A stretch of 58,363 nt of DNA, taken from positions 1-58,363 of the forward strand of contig JBJOPV010000001.1 in the NCBI GenBank assembly GCA_046050625.1, given 5' to 3'. The notes under the pieces were generated by a model that was not told the DNA's origin, ran no database searches, and worked only from the letters and a program-made list of their open reading frames with translations. The translations under genes were made by a program, and so were the position numbers. Positions 53,175 through 58,363 of this stretch are shown here, piece by piece (the stretch's first letter is position 1; each line of letters starts with the position of its first letter). The DNA is from Pseudomonadota bacterium. GTDB taxonomy: Bacteria; Pseudomonadota; Gammaproteobacteria; Burkholderiales; Burkholderiaceae_C.

Positions 53175-53972
53175 ATGCCAGACACCCTCTCTGCCGCCCC
53201 TGCCGTGGCCTCGACGGCACGCCGCACCGCGCCGGTGCTTGGCATTCCGGTCGACCTGATCGACTGGGACACCGCCATCGGTCGCATCTGCCGCTGGGCC
53301 GAAGCGCACGAGCCGCGCTATGTCTCGATCTGCGATGCGCACTCGATCGTGCGCGCCAGCCGCGACACCGCACACGGCCGCCACATCCGCGCCGCCGACA
53401 TGGTCACGCCTGACGGCTGGCCGGTGGCCTGGATGCTGCGCCGCACCGCCGACCCGACCCAGCAGCGCATCAACGGCCCGGACCTGATGGGGCGACTGCT
53501 CGATGCAGCCCAAGAGCACGACCTGGGCCTCTATCTCTACGGCACCACCGACGCCACGCTCGACCGCCTGTGCGCAGCACTGGCGCGTTCGCACCCGCGG
53601 CTGCGCATCGTCGGGCGACACTCGCCCCCTTTTCGGCCGCTGACGCCCGAGGAAGACGCTGCCGACGTCGCGCACATCAACGCCTCCGGCGCGCACCTGG
53701 TGATGACCGGCCTGGGCTGCCCGAAGGAAGACCGCTGGATGTTCGAGCACCGCCCGGCGGTGCGCGCAGTCACGCTGGGCATCGGTGCCGGGATCGATTT
53801 CCACGCCGGCACCGTCAGTCGTGCCCCTCAGTGGATGCGCGAGCACGGCCTGGAGTGGTTCTACCGACTCGGCCAGGAGCCGCGGCGGCTCTGGCGCCGC
53901 TACCTGGTGCACAACACCCTGTTCGTGTGGGGTGCGCTCGGTCAGTTCGCACGCCACAGGCGCGGCAGCTGA
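53175..53972 (+). CDS. WecB/TagA/CpsF family glycosyltransferase (copy 2)
   Basis: PDGWPV, RINGPDL, SPPFR, GLGCPKED, GIGAGID, GLEWFYRL.QEPRRLWRRY. Confidence 0.92.
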   Translation: MPDTLSAAPAVASTARRTAPVLGIPVDLIDWDTAIGRICRWAEAHEPRYVSICDAHSIVRASRDTAHGRHIRAADMVTPDGWPVAWMLRRTADPTQQRINGPDLMGRLLDAAQEHDLGLYLYGTTDATLDRLCAALARSHPRLRIVGRHSPPFRPLTPEEDAADVAHINASGAHLVMTGLGCPKEDRWMFEHRPAVRAVTLGIGAGIDFHAGTVSRAPQWMREHGLEWFYRLGQEPRRLWRRYLVHNTLFVWGALGQFARHRRGS

Positions 53973-54076
53973 GCCGGCCATCCACCGTTCGTCGCCTGGC
54001 TGTCATACGCTGACATCTGCCCTGAAAAGAGCCCACCTCACGCCATTTCCATGTCTTTCCTGGGGGATTCGACAAC

Positions 54077-55189
54077 ATGCAGATTCAACGTGTCCAGCAA
54101 GTCCAGCCCTGGATCGGTCGGCCGGAGACCGAGGCGATCGAAGCCTGTCTGGAGCGCAACTGGCTGACGGAAGGCCCGGCGGCTGCCGCCTTCCGCCAGA
54201 ACCTCGGCCAGCTCACCGGCTCGCCGCACATCTCCTTCGCGCCCAATGGCACGCTGGGACTGTTCCTGGCGCTGCTGGCGCTCGATCTGCCGCGCGGCAG
54301 CGAGATCATCATTCCCGGCTTCACCTTCATGGCCTCGGCCAGCGCGGCGGTCTTCGCCGGACTGAAGCCGGTGCTGATCGATGTCGACCCGAACACCTTC
54401 GCCGCCCGGCCCGAGGCCTTCGAGCGCGCGATCACTCCGCGCACCTCGGCGCTGATGCCGGTGCACATCTACGGCCAGGCCGCCAACGCGGCCGAGATCG
54501 CCCAGCTCGGCCAGCGCCACGGCCTGGCGGTCATCGAGGACGCCGCACAGGCCTGCGGCGTGCGCTACCGCGGTCAGCACGCCGGCACCTTTGGCGATGT
54601 CGGCGTGATCTCCTTCTTCGCCGACAAGTCGATCACGATGGGCGAAGGCGCGGTGGTCATGGCGCGCGACCCGGCGCTGGCACGGCGCATCAGCCTGATC
54701 CGCAACCAGGGCCGCGAATCCAGCGGCACCTTCGTGCACGAGATGCTGGGCATGAACTTCCGCGTCACCGACCTGCAGTGCGCGCTGGGCAACGCCCAGC
54801 TGGCACGGCTGCCCCAGGTGCGCGCCGACCGGCTGCGGCGCTACAACCTCTACGCCGAGGCCCTGGCCGGCCTGCCACAGCTGCGCATGATGCGACTGGA
54901 CCCCAATTCCGATTTCATTCCCTTCCGCTTCCCGATCCTGTGCCCGCGCATGCCCGAGCTGCGCGAGGCGCTGGAGAACTCGAGCATCCAGACCCGCTCG
55001 ATGTTCTACCCGCTGCATCGCCAGCCCTGTCTGCAGGGCCTGATCGACCCAGTCGACCTGCCGATCTGCGACACCCTGTTCGGCGAAGGCCTGTGCCTGC
55101 CGATCCACCAGAGCGTCAGCGACGAGGACGTGCGGCGCACCTGCGGCATCATCCGGCACACGCTGATGCGGGAAAGCGTGGCCTGCTGA
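54077..55189 (+). CDS. DegT/DnrJ/EryC1/StrS PLP-dependent sugar aminotransferase
   Basis: NGTLGL, PVHIYG, IEDAAQA, SFFADKSITMGEG (PLP Lys), GMNFR, LCLP. Confidence 0.93.
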   Translation: MQIQRVQQVQPWIGRPETEAIEACLERNWLTEGPAAAAFRQNLGQLTGSPHISFAPNGTLGLFLALLALDLPRGSEIIIPGFTFMASASAAVFAGLKPVLIDVDPNTFAARPEAFERAITPRTSALMPVHIYGQAANAAEIAQLGQRHGLAVIEDAAQACGVRYRGQHAGTFGDVGVISFFADKSITMGEGAVVMARDPALARRISLIRNQGRESSGTFVHEMLGMNFRVTDLQCALGNAQLARLPQVRADRLRRYNLYAEALAGLPQLRMMRLDPNSDFIPFRFPILCPRMPELREALENSSIQTRSMFYPLHRQPCLQGLIDPVDLPICDTLFGEGLCLPIHQSVSDEDVRRTCGIIRHTLMRESVAC

Positions 55190-55338
55190 GACGCAGACAA
55201 GCACGACATATTCCCGACATGCCGACGTGAGCAGGCCACCCCCCGCATTCGCGGGGTCAACCGGACCCGCGGGTCCGGGGCACATTTGCTTTTCTTGCGC
55301 CTGCGCCTGTCTCTGCCCTGCCTGCCTCACCTGCCCCC

Positions 55339-56424
55339 ATGACCCGTCGCCGCCTGTCCATCCTGGTCACCGGGGCCGCCGGCTACATCGGCTCGGCGCT
55401 GGTGCGGGCCCTGCTCGTGCAGGGCCATCAGGTCACGGCGGTCGACAGCATGCTGTTCGGTGATCGCGCGCTGACCGCGTTGGTCCATCACCCGCAGCTG
55501 CACATCCTGCGCATGGACATCCGCGGCCTGCGGCGCGAGCACCTGACCGGCATGCAGATGCTGATCGACCTGGCCGGCCTGTCGAGTGACCTGGCCACCG
55601 AACTGGACCCGACCTGGAACGGTCTGGCTCATCACCACGCCCAGGTGCGGCTGGCGCGGCTGGCGCGCAGCTGCGGCGTGTCGCGCCACCTGCTGATCAG
55701 CAGCTGCGATGTCTACGGCCGGCGCCCCGGCCAGATCCTGAACGAACTCACCCCGCCCCAGCCCCTGACCCGCCTCGCCCACGGCGTGTTGCACACCGAA
55801 GCGGCGGTGCTGCCACTGGCCAGCGATGGCTTCGCGCCCGTGGTGCTGCGGCTCGGACAGGTCTTCGGCCGCTCGGAGCGCATGCGCTTCGACCTGACGA
55901 TCAACGCGATGACGCTCAGCGCACTGCGCCTGCGCCGTGTCACGCTCGACCAGGGCGGCCAGCGCCGGCGTGCGCATCTGCATGTGCGCGATGTCGTGAA
56001 CGCCCTGGTCGCGGTGCTGGACGCCCCGGTGAACAACATCTCGCGGCAGATCTTCGACATCAGCCACCTGACGCTGAGCACCGCCGAGATCGCCGAGGCG
56101 CTGCGCCAGACGCTGGGCAGCCAGCTGCGCATCGTCGCCGATGGCGCCGCCCCGGACCCGCATGACCTGGCGCCGGAAGGCCGCAAGGCGCGCGACCTGC
56201 TCGGCTTTCACCCGCAGGTCAGCCTGCGCGAAGGGCTGGAAGAAGTGCTTGCCGGCCTGGACCATGGCGCCATCACCGACAGCCCGGAAACCCACGCCGC
56301 GCGCTGGGTGCACGAGGTCCTCGCGCTTGGCCGCGAGATCCGCGGCATCACCGCCCCTTCGTCCGGGCGGCGCTCCACGGTCTGCGGACCATCAGGTACC
56401 GGACAAGCTCTCCGATTGCAATGA
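55339..56424 (+). CDS. NAD-dependent epimerase/dehydratase-like extended SDR with a degenerate catalytic motif
   Basis: ILVTGAAGYIG, DLAGLS, SSCDVYG, RMRFDL.INAM, LHVRDV. The YxxxK position reads LAHGV. Confidence 0.8.
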   Translation: MTRRRLSILVTGAAGYIGSALVRALLVQGHQVTAVDSMLFGDRALTALVHHPQLHILRMDIRGLRREHLTGMQMLIDLAGLSSDLATELDPTWNGLAHHHAQVRLARLARSCGVSRHLLISSCDVYGRRPGQILNELTPPQPLTRLAHGVLHTEAAVLPLASDGFAPVVLRLGQVFGRSERMRFDLTINAMTLSALRLRRVTLDQGGQRRRAHLHVRDVVNALVAVLDAPVNNISRQIFDISHLTLSTAEIAEALRQTLGSQLRIVADGAAPDPHDLAPEGRKARDLLGFHPQVSLREGLEEVLAGLDHGAITDSPETHAARWVHEVLALGREIRGITAPSSGRRSTVCGPSGTGQALRLQ

Positions 56425-56578
56425 CTGTTGCACCCAGACCCGGGTCGTGACAACACATCGCGCGGATTGATCAGAATTTCCGTGTCTTATCTCTCCGGGA
56501 GAGGCTCGATTTGCGGGACAAGGCATGAATGATGCTCCATCTCATCAGACACTCACAAAGAACTCAGGGGAAACACGC

Positions 56579-58027
56579 ATGAGCGCAGAAGTTCCAGTCC
56601 AGCATCCGCCCAGCGCGTTCAAGATCAGCCGCCTTGGTGGCTCGCCGGTGGATGCGCTGCCCTTCTCTCCCCCGCCGCCGTCCGTGCCGGTGTTCCTGGC
56701 GGCGGTGCTCGAGCCCATCCTGGCGGTGGTCACGTTCCTGGCCGTGCACTTCGCGCACGGGCATGTGCTCGACCGGGCATCGATGCTGCTGAGCATCCTG
56801 GTGATGCTGCTGGTCTTTCCCGGCACCAACCGCTTCTACGAAAACCGCCTGAACGCCCTGGTCGACCTGTGCGCCGCCTGGGCCACCGTCATGGCCATTC
56901 TGGTGCTGTGCGGCTTCGCGACCAAGAGCTTCAAGTTCTTCGATACCGATGTGCTGCTGTGGTGGGCGGTGCTGACACCGGTGGCGCAATACGCCGCCGT
57001 GCTGGCCGGTGGCGCGCTGATGCGCCGCCATGCGCTCCGGCCTGAGGCCCGCCGCGCCGCGCTGGTGATCGGTGCCGGCACGCTGGGCGCCAAGGTCGGG
57101 CACATGCTGGTGAACCGCAAGTCCTTCGGCCATGACTTCGTCGGCCATCTGGAAGACCGCGATGCCAGCCGCTGCGCCCCCAGCGCGCGCGAGCACATCG
57201 TGGGCCGCATCGACGAGGCGGTCGAATGCATCCGCCGCCACAACATCAAGGATGTCTACATCACGCTGCCGCTGAGCTCGCAGCCGCGCATCGAGCGCAT
57301 GATCGCCGCGCTGCACGACAGCGCCGTCTCCATCTACTTCGTGCCTGACGTGTTCGGGTTCAACGTCATCCAGGGCCGCATGCGCAACATGGACGGCCTG
57401 CCGGTGGTCAGCCTGCTGGAGAGCCCGTTCGTGGGCATCAACGGCCTGGTCAAGCGACTGTCCGACATCGTGCTGGGCGGCATCATCCTGGTGCTGATCT
57501 CGCCGCTGCTGATCGGCGTGGCGCTCGGCGTGCGCATCAGCTCGCCCGGCCCGATCATCTTCAGGCAGAAGCGCGGGGGCCTGGACGGCGAAGACATCAC
57601 CGTCTACAAGTTCCGCTCGATGCGCGTCATGGAGAACGGCGCCAAGGTCACCCAGGCCACCCGGGGTGACCCGCGCATCACGCGCTTCGGGGCCTTCATC
57701 CGCCGCACCTCGCTGGACGAGCTGCCGCAGTTCATCAACGTGCTGCAGGGCCGCATGAGCATCGTGGGCCCGCGCCCGCACGCGGTGGCGCACAACGAGG
57801 AATACCGCGAGCTGGTCAAGGCCTACATGCTGCGCCACAAGGTCAAGCCCGGCATCACCGGCTGGGCCCAGGTCAACGGCCTGCGCGGCGAGACCGAAAC
57901 CGTCGAAAAGATGGCCGAGCGCGTGCGCTACGACATCGAGTACCTGCGCAACTGGTCGCTGACGATGGACCTGCGCATCATCGCGCGCACTGTCAAGTTG
58001 ACGGTGGTGGACAGCAACGCGTATTGA
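56579..58027 (+). CDS. wcaJ: Undecaprenyl-phosphate glucose phosphotransferase (priming glycosyltransferase)
   Basis: TM segments, IGAG, KRLSDI, YKFRSM, DPRITRFG.FIRRTSLDELPQF.NVLQG.MSIVGPRPHA, KPGITGWAQVNG.RGET. Confidence 0.93.
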   Translation: MSAEVPVQHPPSAFKISRLGGSPVDALPFSPPPPSVPVFLAAVLEPILAVVTFLAVHFAHGHVLDRASMLLSILVMLLVFPGTNRFYENRLNALVDLCAAWATVMAILVLCGFATKSFKFFDTDVLLWWAVLTPVAQYAAVLAGGALMRRHALRPEARRAALVIGAGTLGAKVGHMLVNRKSFGHDFVGHLEDRDASRCAPSAREHIVGRIDEAVECIRRHNIKDVYITLPLSSQPRIERMIAALHDSAVSIYFVPDVFGFNVIQGRMRNMDGLPVVSLLESPFVGINGLVKRLSDIVLGGIILVLISPLLIGVALGVRISSPGPIIFRQKRGGLDGEDITVYKFRSMRVMENGAKVTQATRGDPRITRFGAFIRRTSLDELPQFINVLQGRMSIVGPRPHAVAHNEEYRELVKAYMLRHKVKPGITGWAQVNGLRGETETVEKMAERVRYDIEYLRNWSLTMDLRIIARTVKLTVVDSNAY

Positions 58028-58114
58028 GGCATCTGCGCGGCACTCGCCGTGCGGCCCTCCCCTGACCACCCAGTGTGTGTCATGCCTACTTCGTCTGTCA
58101 TCGCGCCCAAACGC

Positions 58115-58140
58115 CGTCATGCCCGCGCAGGCGGGCACCC
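58115..58140 (+). repeat. REP/dRS3-like palindromic element
   Basis: CGTCATGCCCGC-GCAG-GCGGGCACCC resembles the widespread GTCATTCCCGCGCAGGCGGGAATCC type. Single copy seen in this window. Confidence 0.5.
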
Positions 58141-58236
58141 CACGCAAGACACATCCCACGCATTCATTTCTCGGCGCAGCCACGGCTGCCCCGCTGTTCC
58201 CTGCATCTTCTTATCTGCAATAAAGAAAGCTGAACT

Positions 58237-58363
58237 ATGAAAGTCACCGTCATCGGCACCGGCTACGTGGGACTTGTGACGGGCGCGTGCCTGTCGGAAA
58301 TGGGCAACCATGTGATGTGCCTGGACGTGGATCCGGCCAAGATCAAGATCCTGAACGACGGGG
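58237..58363 (+). CDS. ugd: UDP-glucose 6-dehydrogenase, N-terminal fragment (runs off the window)
   Basis: [36 protein letters not shown]. Missed by the ORF track because it has no stop in the window. Confidence 0.92.
   Translation, partial: MKVTVIGTGYVGLVTGACLSEMGNHVMCLDVDPAKIKILNDG

Overview
High-GC betaproteobacterial chromosome segment. Burkholderiales, possibly the Sphaerotilus/Leptothrix/Rubrivivax group, is an inference from gene content only. From left to right: the 3' end of fbp; tRNA-Thr(CGT); a three-gene islet in which a secreted PPC-Fn3-PPC-lysyl oxidase and a membrane-anchored HEAT-like protein are transcribed divergently from a fused MbnP-MbnH (WxW copper-binding domain plus di-heme MauG-type peroxidase); recCBD preceded by a short WYL regulator; a GlyGly-CTERM subtilase; sapC-like, CNNM/CorC and apaH genes; tRNA-Ser(TGA); a type I secretion locus (TolC, HlyD, ABC) with a methyltransferase, DUF5672, a TPR-GT41 O-GlcNAc-transferase-like enzyme and a ~2470-aa Ser/Thr-rich octapeptide-repeat protein ending in an FrpC-like self-processing-module homologue; and an exosortase B (EpsD-I) exopolysaccharide cluster whose central ~12 kb is inverted relative to the usual gene order. 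The best candidates for undescribed biology are the lysyl oxidase/MbnPH copper-quinone module and the probably glycosylated giant repeat protein with its Ser-Pro variant of the clip-and-link module. All family calls come from motif recognition by eye; no database search was run.
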